Shown here: positions 12,071-25,100 of the stretch, one piece after another | Numbering within the stretch: position 1 is the first letter of the stretch | Layout of the letters: each line of letters starts with the position of its first letter | Source of the DNA: Vermamoeba vermiformis | Taxonomy: Eukaryota | NCBI GenBank assembly: GCA_045837725.1 | Contig: JBEWZL010000066.1 | Coordinates: forward strand, 248,001-312,000 | Direction: 5' to 3' | Length of the DNA: 64,000 bases | The notes under the pieces: model-generated | Told to the model about the DNA's origin: nothing | The model's database searches: none | The model's input: only the letters and a program-made list of their open reading frames with translations | Program-made: the position numbers and the translations under genes

Positions 12071-13872
12071 ATGAGTGATCGGCGAGACAAATACAAGTTG
12101 CATATCAGATGTTTCGGCGAGTCATTCTTGCTCGTCGTTAAGGCCACAGATTCGTGCGCGGTTCTCCTCGATCAGATCCTGCAGTACTACAAGCAGTTCT
12201 ATTATCGCAACGATGGCCACACTAGCAGCACATTTCCATATAATGCGCGCAACGTCGTACTACGCGCGATTGTCAAGAAATCAACCGATCAACAGACTTT
12301 TAGTGACGTTATGGATCTCAGTTACTTGTAAGCACTCGATTACGAATTTACGAGAATTTTAATGATTTTTGGTGTAATTGTACAATATTTGAAAAAAGTG
12401 CGATCTGATCTGCTCTTTTCAGGATCGGAGATGTGTTCGAGAACAACGATGAAGTAGACGTGTGTGCGCGCAGTGGAGTGCCCAATAACGATGCTAATAC
12501 GACTACCGACACTAAGAATAAGAAACGTAAGCGCGATGTGCAGGACAGCGCAGAGGAACCAGCCAAGAAGAAAGCTAAGAGCACGGATGTAGATGAAATG
12601 AAGATCGAAGTCGCGCCCAGCACTCCTGTAACTACTAAGAACAAGAAAGATCCCAAGAAAGGAGGCGCAGATAAGAACAATCAAGGCTCTCCAACGACAT
12701 CTGACAGCACCCCAGTGAAGGAGGCAAACAAGGCAGCGACTAATGCGAAGAGCGAGCCGAAGAAGAAGAAGAAGAAAAAGAGCGACGAGAACAAGCCAGA
12801 GACTAGCAAACCAGACACTAAGCAGTCAGATCTGAGTGCAGCGAAGAGTACTTCCAATAATACCAGTACAGCTAATAATAAAACTGACACCACTAAGAGT
12901 GAGCACGACCCCCTCACTAAGAGCGAGACTAAGAAGAAAAAGAAGAAGAAGAACAAGGACGCAAATGGCACCACTAACGGTACTAGCGCAGTGACTACCA
13001 ACAACAAAGAGACTAAGACCACTGACAACAAAGAGACTAAGACCACCGACAAGAAAGAGACTAAGACTACTGACAACAAAGAGACTAAGACTACTAACAA
13101 CAAAGAGACCAAGACCCCTAGCAAGAAGCAGGCTAAAAATAGTGCGCCGAACACGCCCCTACCAGCAGTGGTGTCCAAGAGTGCGCACAACACCCCGCAG
13201 AAGAGCGACAGTGCGGAGCATCAGACCGAGAGCAAGAGTGCCGACACCAATCAGACGCAAGAGACTAAGAAAGCGAGTCGCAAAAAAGATGCGGCTAAAC
13301 AGTCAGACGCCAAGAACGATGCGAACAAACAGGACAGCAAGCCAGAGCACAAGTCCGAGACTAAGCACGAGGACAAGAAGAAGAGTGCCACCAAGAACGA
13401 TGCAAACAAACAGGACAGCAAGAAATCTGACACGAAAGAGGCCAACAAGACACCTAATGGCAAGTCGGACAGCAACAAGAACTCTCACGTGACACCTGTC
13501 AAAACCTCGGACACAACACCTGTCACTAAGACACCCGTCACCAAGCCCAAAGAGTCCGCGAGTTCTTCGAGTGAGAGTGACGATGAAGGCAATGTGTTCA
13601 GTGCGCTCAGTCACGTGACTGCCAGTCCACTCAAATCACGTGCTCAGCGTGCCAGCAGCAGCAAGTTGATCATCACGACCAAGCACGCGCTGTCGAGTGA
13701 TGAGAGTGACGACGACGACACACCCCCGCACAGCTCTGGTCAGGTGGTGCGCAGTGCGGCACTGAGTGCCGAGCAGAGTGTGTCACGTGATCAGGACATT
13801 GTTGCAAATGTCAGCAAAGATCCCAAACAGCTCTCCAAGATCCTTTCGGACCCCAGCAAGTGGAATTTGTAA
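12071..13872 (+). CDS. Lys/Ser/Thr-rich probably nucleolar protein with Net1/Tof2/Dnt1-like (Cdc14-binding) N-terminal domain
   Basis: Spliced N-terminus FLLVV...LLDQILQYYKQFY...MDLSYLIGDVFENNDEVDV, followed by a low-complexity body with poly-Lys NLS-like tracts. Confidence 0.55.
12994..13113. repeat. 24-bp coding tandem repeat x5 (TT(N/D)(N/K)KETK)
   Basis: ACYACYRACAASAAAGAGACYAAG units. Confidence 0.85.
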
Positions 13873-13921
13873 CATAAATTGATGACTTTCGATAGTACAG
13901 TGTTTATTGCAATCACGCGGA

Positions 13922-16094
13922 CTAGAGGCCAATGAAGTAGGAGCGCCCATTGGGATTGTGAATGGGCGAGGAGTGGTGCGCGCTCTGCACCTGCCACTCG
14001 TACCACATCTTCTTGTCGCTCAACAGCCGCCAGAACTGCACGTGAATGGTCTCGCGTGCTGTCACGTAGATCGGTGTGCGCAGTGGGAAGTAGATGGGGA
14101 ACCAGCTGAACATCTGATCGCTGTGCGTGTCGGGATGAATGGACATGAGCACCTTGACCTGCTTGTCGGGTGACTGATACAGCACGGACTCGAAGTAGCC
14201 TGCAAAGCCGTGAATGACGCTGTTCTGATCGGTGCTGAACTGCATGGCGTGATAGCGCGAGTTGTCTGCCAGCACTGCGCGATCAGGGTGCGTGAAGGTG
14301 AAGCAGGGCTGCGGTTGATCGAGCAGATCTGCATTGTAGATCTTGACGACATAAGCGGTCTCAAAGTGCGCGAGATCGTTGTAAGCACGGACCTCATTCC
14401 ACAGCTTGGACGAACAGAGTGGTGCGAGGTACGAGGTGTAGTCGTAGGGGATGCTGATGGACGCGGCGTGCATCAAGCGGTGTATGTGCTGCAAGCACTC
14501 GGGACTGGACTCGTTGTCGCCGAATGAGCCCAACATCTCGCTGATCACAATGTCTGCGCGCAGATCGGCGTGTTGCGTCTGTTGCCAGGTCCAGTACCGC
14601 GCATCGCCCTCGTACACGGTGATGTCGCGCCACGCCAGATCAGGGTCGTGCTTGACGCGATTGCGCAGTGTGATGATGGCATTGGGATTCTTCTCCACAA
14701 TGAACACGCGCACTCCACCCTCGGGCCACTGACAGTCACGTGATGCCTTGAGTGCTGCATCCACGAGGGGTCCGCGGCCAGCACCGAGCACCAAGATGAT
14801 CACTGGCTCGCTGAGTGCTGCGCGCTCGTTTGGCCACCAAGTGCGGCTCGTGCGTGAGTGCAGCGTGCACGGCCTCGCGATAGAGTCTGTACTTGACGGG
14901 GTCCTTCTCGAACACATCGTACGTGGCAGACTCGAGATTGTCCATCAGTGGCTGCAGTGGGGTCTGCAAGTAGTCCCAATATGGCTTCTCGAACTGATCG
15001 AGATCGGAGAGCGGTGGATGCATCTTGTGCAAGTACTGCAAGTAGCGCTGATACACGGCAATGGAGTAGCTGTTGGTCGGTGCGGTGACAGGCGCGCTCT
15101 TCGCATTGAGTGTGCGCGGCTGTGTGAGCAAGTGCCCTGGACCGGCCAGCACAAACGACAGCGTGTGTTGCGAGTGAAAGAATGCGCTCAAGAACTGCTG
15201 GTGGCTCTTTGCCAGCACTGGATAGCCGCGCTGATTGGTCAAAAAGCTGTTCGTGTGCACGATGATGGCGCGCACTGGTTCACCGCGCCACCGACGGATG
15301 AGGCGTTCGAGTGAGAGCGAATCGTGTTCGGTGAGCAGATCCTCCGTGACTTCGAGGGCGACACCGAGTTGCGGGTGATAGTCGCACATGGCGCGCAGTC
15401 GTTGCCAACAGTCCCAGCTGTCGTGCCACTCACTCGCCGCGCCACTCGCATCCACGCTGTCGGGCACTACGAGAGGCACGCGTACCCAGAGCTGCATGGC
15501 CTGCAGATTGTGCAGCGAGGAGTTGAGGCACGAGGCGTAATTAGCGCAGTTCCAGTACACGGGGGGACACAGACACGCGCTCAGTGACAGATGTGTGGCC
15601 CAGGCTATCTCTTGTTTGAAGGCCTGAGGGGCGATTAGCGCTGTGATGAATATGCATTGTGTGGGAGAATAGATAGCAGTTTGATCACAAAAACGCAACT
15701 GCATAAAGTAGATCCGATCCAGCAAAATAATTATTTGAAAAAATTGATTAATTGCGCCATCAATGTATTATGTACTTACTAATCGTGAATTTCTACGAGT
15801 CTTGTCTAATGTTGAATCAAAATTTAACCAAGTTGAGATCTTGCCAACGACGAATCCGTTCCACAACTCTGGTGTCAGCACTAAATCAGAGCGCGTGAGA
15901 GGATCGTCTGCATCAAATAGTTTCGAGTGTGTAATCTGATGGCTGCGAATCAACTGTCGTTCATTGCCCGGATGCACCAAAGGCACGATCAAGTAATCGA
16001 ACTGCAGCTGACGCGCAGTGTGCAGCAAGGAGTTCAAGTCCTCCACATTGTCTACCTCCCAGCCTAGGCGCAGGGGATCCTTCTCTTTGCTCAT
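13922..16094 (-). CDS. PRMT5: Protein arginine N-methyltransferase 5
   Basis: DYLQTPLQPLMDNLESATYDVFEKDPVKY, VLGAGRGPLV, VEKNPNA, ISEMLGSFGDNESSPECL, MFSWFPIYFP, IHNPNGRSYFIGL. Frame change near 14800-14860. Confidence 0.95.
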
Positions 16095-16204
16095 CTTATT
16101 TGCTGTGTGCGAATATGGCTGGCACCCGTTCTAGGGCCATCAAATCAACATTCATATTTCCTGAAATTTCACCAGTTCGGGAGGGCGGGAATCACGAGTA
16201 GTAT

Positions 16205-17871
16205 TTATTGCTGTACAGTGGGTTGATAGGCGATGCTCGGTGCAGGCACAATGGTCGCGCAGTACTCGGTCGTGTTGGCAGCAGTGTAGCGCACGACATG
16301 CAGCTCAATGCTCTGCGCGGCCCCCAAGATGCGCGTGATCAAGGCGCGCGTGAGACTCGCGAGATCATCGCTGGGTGCTGTCTTGTGCGCAAAGTGGTAG
16401 CAGTGGATGATGGGCAGCGGACACTCACTCGGCAACAGGCCGCGGAACACATCTGTCGTAGGTCAGTCACGTGATGGCAGGGGAGAGCACTTCTCACCGA
16501 GAAATTCCGCCGCTGACCCTGGCAAATTCATGGCGATGTGAATGCGCGGGGGCTGAGCGGGTGAAGCACGTGGTTTGTTGTGTTTGACAGCAGTCTGCAG
16601 CTGTGCGTAGTGTTTCATGAACGGCTGAATGTGCGTGTACCAGGCACTGTCTGGGCCCTGGAAGAGGTGTCGCATGAAGTCACGTGCGTCCATGTTGTAC
16701 GCGTGGAACAGGGCCTGTTTGCGCGCACTAAAGGAGCGAGTGTCAGTGACAGGTGTCAAACAGCGGTGTGCAGCGTTACGTGCTTGAGATTGAGCGTGGC
16801 GTTGTGTTGCAGTGCCGCGTAGCAGTGCGGATTGAGGTCATTGGCCCACACCTGCGCACCTCTCTTGGCAGCAGGCAGGGCGTAGGGTCCCACACCTGCA
16901 AACATGTCAATCAGCACGTCACCCTCGCGCACCAAATGCACGAGTCGCAGGTGTTCGTTCTCCAATCGCGAGTTCCAGAACACGGTCCTGAAATCGAATG
17001 CGTACTGGCACTTGCCCTCGCGTACCACCACGTCATACTCCGCGCTGCCTGCGATCAGTTCCATAGGCAGCGTGCGGTACTCGTCTTGGATGCTGCTCGT
17101 CTTGTTCACCACTGTGCGCAGCTCTGAGCTGTGTTTCTGAAGGAGTGGTTCAGTGAACGCGTGCTATTTATAGAGCAGTGGCGTACCTCTAATATCACTT
17201 GGCCAATCAGGTACTTGTACGGCAAGTGTTCGCGTCGCAGATTGAGATGCGCTGTGCGAGGGGTCAGTGATTCAGTGAATAGACGGTTCAGTGAAAAGTC
17301 AATGCATCACTCACCAATATGACCAATGCGCTCGTATTTGGTAGTGAGTTCGGTCTCTTGCGGCAACAATCGCTTCAATATCGCCTCTAGTGTGGGTGAG
17401 TATCGGCGAGCACTTGACTCGAGGCGTACGTACCGACGGAGAGGTTGTCGAAGTGCAGGTCAATCACGTGCTCAATCACGTGCACATCTTCGACACTCGA
17501 CACTGCTGCTCGCTCTTCAGCGTTGAGTTGCGACAGATCTGAACGCGTAAAAGTTAACTCGTTTATATTCTCCGACCAGCCATAGTGGCTTAGTTGCACC
17601 CGATCACCTACCACTCGTAATAGTGTCGTTTAATAATAAAATGGTGCGATCTTTACGCTCTGGCAACTTAACAACGTAACTGACATCAATATCGGGTCGT
17701 TTAAACAGCACGTTACTATTATATTATATTAATTGCTATCGATCACTTATTCAAGACTGACTTGAGTTTCTTGACGAGCAGATGTGTGTGTTTGACGGGC
17801 AAATCCAGTGCTACCACGCGCAACTGTGACTTGAGCAAATCCTTGTTAAGTGCTGGTGTCTGGTGTTCCAT
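16205..17871 (-). CDS. TRM5: tRNA (guanine(37)-N1)-methyltransferase
   Basis: VNKTSSIQDEYR..MELIAG, FDFRTVFWNSRLENEH, DMFAGVGPYALPAA, ANDLNP, MNLPGSAAEFL, IHCYHF. Confidence 0.93.
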
Positions 17872-17997
17872 ATTTAAGCTGTTATAACACTGTGGTCGTC
17901 TTTGCCCGGGCAAATTGATTCTTTCCGATAAATTTAACATAACGACGACAGAGGTGTTATTCACAAGCACTTCTCGGCACAACAACCACAAGCAACG

Positions 17998-19360
17998 ATG
18001 GAACAAGGTAATTAGTTGCCAATCGTAAAGCACTATTCCTAAACGCCAACGCAGATCAGATCCACGATCGAAAAGAAAATACACGCACAGAAAAATTATT
18101 AGGCTATGAATTTTATCGCGAAGTATTGAAAAGTCCCAAATATGTTATGGCACCCATGGTAAATATTATTTTTGTGATGCAACACGCGTTTAAAATTCAA
18201 TTCAGGTGGACGGTTCAGATCTAGCTTATCGGTTGTTTGGTCGCAAATACGGGTAAGCCCAAATAACACACGTCTTATTGTATGTTAATGAATTTGCAGC
18301 GTGGACTTGGCATACACTGAAATGGTGCACACGTAAGTAGATGCAGCCCCTGTTTGGACAGTCCTATTCACCAGTACGCAGTCAATTGGTGCCGATTAGT
18401 CCTGCCTATCGCAAGAAGTACTTGAGCACGCACCCTGACGACACACCGCTCATCGTGCAGTTCGCATCACGTGACCCCGCCGAAGCAGTGACAGCAGGAC
18501 TCGCGGTGCAAGACATGTGCAGCGCCGTCGACATGAACCTCGGCTGTCCGCAGCAGTGTGCGCGCAAGGGCGGGTACGGCGCATTCTTGATGTCTGAGCC
18601 CGAGCTGGTCTACGCGATTGTAGCCGCACTGCACCGCGAGTTGAGTGTGCCAGTCACGTGCAAGATCAGAATTTATCCGCCTGAAGAGGGAGGACTCGAA
18701 CAGACCATCAAATTCGCACGCGAGTTGTACGCGCATGGATGTCAGGTATGTCCTGGGTGCACTAGTGTCCTAGTTAACTCCTCGCAGATGTTGTGCGTGC
18801 ACGGACGTACCAAGTACATGAAGGGCCCACTGCTCGGTCGTGCTGACTGGGAGGCTATTGCAGCTGTGCGCAGAGCATTGCCTGAGATTCCCATGATAGC
18901 GAATGGCTCTATATACACCTATGAAGATGCACAACAAGCACTGCTCGTGAGTGGATGCGATGCAGTCATGTCAGCTGATGGCATATTGAAGAATCCTTAC
19001 CTGTTTGCTGGTCCCACCGATCAATTCCCCACCGACCCGATCAAACAATTCAACGAATATTTAAGCATTGCTGAGGCATTACAAACACCTCGCAGATTTA
19101 TTGCTATGCATGCGCAGTACTTGTTAGGTTCGCTCTGGGACCGAGTACCGCATCTGCGCTCAACGGTAACCAGTGTTAAGGAGATAGAGCAGTGGCGCGA
19201 GTTTATTGGCAGAGTTGAAGAAGAATTGGAGAAGGGCAGTGTACCAGCAGAATATTTGGCAGAAGCAGATCTGTTGGATCAGAAAAAGCAGCAGAAAAAG
19301 CAACACGCCGGCGCTGACTTGGAAAGTTTAGCTTGCTTAGGAGTATTCGAAAACGAATAG
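17998..19360 (+). CDS. DUS1: tRNA-dihydrouridine synthase (DUS1-like)
   Basis: SPKYVMAPMVDGSDLAY, PLIVQF, DMNLGCPQ..ARKGGYGAFLM, PVTCKIRI, VHGRT, ADW, IANG, VMSADGILKNPYLF. Confidence 0.9.
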
Positions 19361-19523
19361 ACATATCTCAAAGCTAGGTTGTACATAGTGTATAAATGCG
19401 GATTTACTTGAGCGGAGTGGAATTCAACCAATCACCGACGAGCAATCCAGTACACGACTGAAATTTCGATTTGGTCAAAAAGGTACGTTCATTTGTATTT
19501 TCATTTGTCTTCATCTCTACGAC

Positions 19524-22060
19524 ATGGATACACAGAGCACTACATCTCAATCTACTTTAGCCTATTGTCAGGCCAAACTTCATTCGCTGACAGATCTGCA
19601 TGAAGACATTGTTGCGCTGGTGTCGGGGTTGCAAAATCATGCATGTTCAAATTGCGCTAGTAAGTATAATACATTAGTTAATGAATTAATTCGCTCAATT
19701 ATCTTCTCAGAGTTGTCTTGGAAATTGATGATGAGCGAAATTATCAACGCGTTTAGCATCGAATTCATTAAAAGAGAGAAGGAAAAGATGGAGCTACTGC
19801 TACAAGACATCGCCGCGCAGACAGTTGCTAATCGCTCGAGTTTTGGAGGTACTTCACTTTCCGATCCAACAACGCGTACTGACTTGTTGCAGGTGTTGAG
19901 CGCGTTAAGGCGAGAGCTGTTGTGGTTGGAAGACCTCCCGAAATAAGCAATGAATTTGTCGCACTGATGTCGAGGTAAGTGCGTGAAGTACGGTACGAGT
20001 TCACTGTCTCTGATGTTTGTGTTCAGGGAGCACAGCGCGACACCTTCGACCTGTCAGCACGACAAACTCATCGACAAGTTGAATCAAGTGCAGGCAGTGT
20101 ACGCTGAGCTGCTCCACATGCTGAAGGGCTCTGAGGACTATACTACAAACGACTTGCCCAATCAAGATCTGCACAAATTAGTGGCCAACTTACGGCGCCA
20201 AAATGAAGAGCTGCACGTGACGCTGATGCACATCAAGGAGCAACACTACCAACAACAGCTGTCGGAGTCGATGGAGCAGCGCAAACGATATCTAGCGCTG
20301 CAAGAAGAGACGGATCAACTGCGTACGCAATTGACCGCCGAACTCGAGGCCAAGAAATTGCGTCAAGAAGAGTTGCAACAGACCTACAAACAGCTCATCG
20401 AACAACAGACCAAGATAAATGACGTCGAGCAGGAGAGAGAGCAGCTGTCTAAACAGTTGGTTGAGACAAATCGTCGACTCGAAGAAGTGAAGAGTGGCTT
20501 CAAAGTCGTCTATAACGCGCACAAAGTGTTGGAAAAAGATCACGAGACGCTAAAAGACGTGCACGAGCAGCTATTGAACGAGTCGGAGGTCAAAAGCCGC
20601 TCGTATGAAGTGTCACAACTGGAAGTGAAGCGTCTTCAACAGCTGTTGCAAGAGCAGAATGAACTAGCGGAGGCGAGTGGCCGAACCAAGCAGAGTGAAT
20701 ACGAAGTGCTAATTGGCGATCTTACCAACTCAGTGAATGAGGAGCAAATGAGAAGCAAGCAACTGGAAGATCAGTTACTCGAAGTGAATTCTCAATTAGC
20801 TGCAATGACCGAGCACCGAGATCAGGTCAGTCGAGAGCATCGCGATTTGGTCGACAATTGTGCGCAGTTGGAGATACGTTGTAATTCAGTGCTGCAACAG
20901 AAAGAGGGGTTGAGTGACGAGCTGCGCCAATTGTCGTCTGCGCACAACATCGTGTGTGAGGAGAATGCACGTCTGAAGCAACAAGTAGAAGAATTGAAGG
21001 TTACACCACGTGGGGACTGCAAAGAAACGATTGACGCCAAGCGAGAGGAGTACATTGAGACGCTGCAGCAAATGATTCTGGAGCTCGAGAGCAAGCTAAG
21101 CGAGAGGACTTCATTGCAAATTGCCGTTAAAGCAAAGGGCGAGTTTGATGTCAAGTTAATGAACAAGCTTCAGAAGCAAGTCGAGCAAGCCACATCACAA
21201 GTAGCGCACTATCAGAGCAGGTGCCAGGAGATTGCAGCCGTTGTCAATCAATTGCAACAAGTGCTCGAGCAACAGAAAAAAGATCAAAAAGTATTCAAAC
21301 CTCCCCTTCACCCCTCAACGAAGAGATCGGCAACGCATTCGGTAAGCTATATCTAAAGATGTTGCGTCTGGTTGTTAACAATTTAAACAGAAAATTTTAC
21401 AACTTGAGACACTGAACTTCGACTTGAACGAAGAGTGTCGTCAACTCAAACATCAATTAGAGCAAGCCAAGTCTAACTACGACAGCAGTTTAACTGACAT
21501 GACCAATCACTATGAACAGACCACTGCCCGTTTGGTCAAGGAGAACGATTACATGCGCGAGTTAATTGAGCAGCAAGCACGTACTGTCAACACAACTAAT
21601 TTGAAACTTGTCAACGAGCAAGCAATCAACCAACAATACGAAAAAGAAATGGTCACCCTCAAGCAGATGATTCAACAAGAGAAGACCCGAGGATCGCTGG
21701 ACAAAGAGAACCTTCGCACTTCATTCAAAATCCTCACCGCCGAGAACAAGAAGTTGGTGGAGAAATACAGCAAGTTGAAGGCAGAGCTGAAGGCACGTGA
21801 TAAATTTACCGTTCCAGTCGAGAAGCCGATGTTAGTCAGTTCCCCGCCACTGAAGTCCTCTAAGCGTCGACCTAGCACACCGAAGAAAATTATCGTGAAG
21901 AAAGAGCACGCAGTTGTCAAGAAAGAGGTATGTAATTCGGCAGCAGAGGTTCAAATATTAATGTGCTATTCAGCCCCCTCAATACATCAGCGACGATGAT
22001 GATCATTCTGGTCCATCTGACTATGACACTGTCCTAGTGAAGAGAGAGTCAAAGAAGTGA
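19524..22060 (+). CDS. Long coiled-coil protein, function unknown
   Basis: Multi-exon E/Q/L/K-rich heptad ORFs (19524-19946, 19983-21356, 21424-21999). Confidence 0.65.
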
Positions 22061-22104
22061 CACTTCGTAGAGTTCGAACTCAATTTATGTACAACCAAAT
22101 AATA

Positions 22105-25100
22105 TTACAGCGGTTCACCCATACTAGGCTTGTTTTCGCTTCGCATTGCGTGTTGTTGACTCAGCAGCTTCTTTGATTTGCTCGCTTCTTCGCTGAAGAA
22201 GACAATTCGCTCTGGTTCGCTCAAATCATTCGCAGCAGCCCCGACATTTGAGTGGTGGAACTTGAGAGCTTCAATGATCACCTCTTCACTGATATCGGAA
22301 AAGATTTCCTTGAGCTCGTTGACCTTGGGTTGGAGCTGTGTAAGTTCGTTGAGACTGTTTGTGATCCAATCACCCTCAGGTGCGGGCAGAGGTATGGCTG
22401 GTGTTGGTGCATCGCGTCTAATAACTGTGTGGTCGTCAGCCATTTCCATGTCCATATCGTCGTCATCGTAGCCACTGTAGTCTCGACGGCGTGAATCATC
22501 GCCCATATGCGTGGTCACGTCCATATTCTTCAAGCCACGATTGTGGCGTGCGTGAATATCGCGCGCAGAGATGGGTTCGTTGATCAATGGCGGGGGATTG
22601 TCACTGTCGTCGCTGTCACGCAAAGTGTTCTCGCTATCACTGCCACTGCCGACCTCGTTAGTCATGTCGTGTTGCACTGGTTCCGGAGAATTCACGCGGA
22701 ATTTCTCTTGATGCTGATAGTTTCGCAGTGTCTGCTTCAACTCATTGTTTTGTTGCGTCAATTCACCGTTCTGGTGCTTGAGAATAGTGACTTGATGCTC
22801 CAGCTGTGCCATATCTCGACGCATTTTCTCGAGTTTTTCGCGCATCTCCTTGAGCTCTTCATCCGCACCATCTTCGCCCTTCAGGTTCATCATCATTGGT
22901 GTGCCAGCACTGCTGATGAGTGGTTGCAAAAGTTCGTGACATTCGCGCACAATGGTGATCAAGTCCTCTTCGTTGTTCTCTGCGGCACTGTTCTTGACTT
23001 CACCTTCGAGCTTGTCGTCAATCAGCTCTTTGATCTTCATCAGTTTGGAGATGCGGCGCAACAGATATTCAGCCACTGCTGCTGTTTTGACACTGAGACG
23101 CAGCAAAAATCGTGTCAGAACGAATGCTGTGCGCTCATTGCGGTCAGAGTTCTCTTCAATTTGTCCGAGCAGACCTTTCGCACCGCTGTAGTACGAGCTG
23201 TTGTTGGTGGAGGTCTTGAACGGCGTCAACAACCAATGCACGCGCTTGGCTTGCAACGAGTCCTGTATGCAGAGCATTGTCTCCACGAACTGTTGATAGA
23301 TCGGCAGCTTGTGTTGCGAGGCACGGTCAATGAGCTGCAGCACGGACTCGCACAACTGCTTTGAGCGCGCAGGTGCTTCAAACGAGACGTGTGCCAAGAA
23401 GATGGCAGTGCTCGGCGTGTTGTAGTCCATTTCGAGCAGCGAGGGCAGGAATGTCGCGTCGAACAACATCTTGCGCTGCGACTCGGGCATGCTCAACAGC
23501 GGCAGCGGCAGTGACCACGGTGTGGGCATGGCACGTGGTGGCACATTGAGCAGCGGATCTGCATTGAGACTTGCGGGCACAGTGTCCACACTGCTCTCTG
23601 CTTCAGTCCAACAGCCGCGCACTAAGAGCACCAACAGATCGACGAACTCGGTCAGGTCTGGCAAGTGCGTGTTGTCCATCACCGAGGCACGTGATTGACC
23701 ATTTTTGGAATTGCCCATGAAGTAGTCAGTGAGCACGGTGACCATGTCGCGCGACAGCATGTAGTGCCGCGCTTGGACATGCAGTGCAGTGAAGTCGCGC
23801 AACACAGTCCAGTACTGCTTGAAGCGACGCCAGACCTGTCGCGTGGCCTCCATGTAGTCCAGCACACCATTCACAAAGGTCTCAGCCACGGTCCAGGCCT
23901 CAGCTGCGTGACCGACACAGGCACTCAGCGCCGCGACCACAATGTCCGTGCAGGCAATGCGTGTGCGCTCAGAGGGACATTCGAGCAGGATATTTTTCAC
24001 GGTGTGATGGCGGTGCGTCCACTGCAACAGCCACATCGCAGCTGGCACGTGACGGCGCAACACTTTGCTGAGGGTGGTGGACCAGTGTCCGAGGGCCAGT
24101 TCGTTGTCCTTGGCGTGGGCGAGAATTTCGAAGAAAAAGCGCGACGTTATTTTGAGCAACTTCATCGTGGTGTCATCGGTCTGACAGCAATCGGTTAGAT
24201 GACAGCTGTTGTGAGTGACAAATAAGGAAATTCTTACCGATTCCACACCATCACTGCCAATCACAGGAACAGATGCGTCTTTGACAGGTGTCACGCGCCA
24301 GTTGGCCAGCAATTCAAGCAAGAATTCGAAGTAATTGCTGTCAAAGAACTGTCTGTCGCGCAAATACTGTGCATTTTCATTCCAAATCGCCTGTTTGACA
24401 TCTGTCAAGTACTTGTTCTCGCTGACTGGCGTGCTCGGAGTGACGTCATTGACAGGTGTCACGCGCTCGTAGAACAACATGTACGCACTGCGCTCACGTG
24501 GTCTGTCTTTGACAACTGTCTTGTTTTGGAAACTGTCCCACTCATTCACTTGCTGCATGCCTAATTTGGTTATTGTCAATACGACCTGTTGACACGTGTC
24601 ACAAGTGTCGCGGTCCTTACCTCCGAAACACTCTTCAGCCACGTGATCAGGTGAGAACTCATAGACGCGGTGATCGTTGAAGCAGAGCCAGCGCTGTGTC
24701 TCGCGCCCTTTGATGAACGAGTAGTAGTGACCGCTGTCCGCACTGCCTGTATGCACGAGCACACCGACGAGCTGGTACTGATAGTGCGCGTCCTCGACAC
24801 TCATCTCTTCACTCGCACCGCTGCTCTCGTGTCGCGCGAGGCCCTCTTTGGTCCAGTGCTTCATGTTGATGCTGTGCGGGAACTGGAAGTAGTCGTTGAG
24901 CTTGACCTTGCGGTTGTTGATGTAGTCGTAGTCGAAGCGCTTCAAGTGGAAGATGAGGGTGTTGCTGAGCTGTTTGATGCAGCACCGCTTGAGGGCATTC
25001 ACCTTGCGGCCGTATTGATCGCAGTAGTAGGCGTTGTCGCCCTCCAGCTTGTCGCTCTTCACCCACGAGTCGAGTGCCTCTTCGAGCGAGGGCTTGTTCT

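Noticed and set aside
8878-13113. 18-bp and 24-bp tandem repeats as possible CRISPR-like arrays
   Set aside because: No spacers; they are in-frame coding minisatellites in a eukaryote.
16728-16783. Apparent frameshift in TRM5
   Set aside because: Resolved by an ordinary intron (GC donor 16783, or GT donor 16779 with a downstream CAG).
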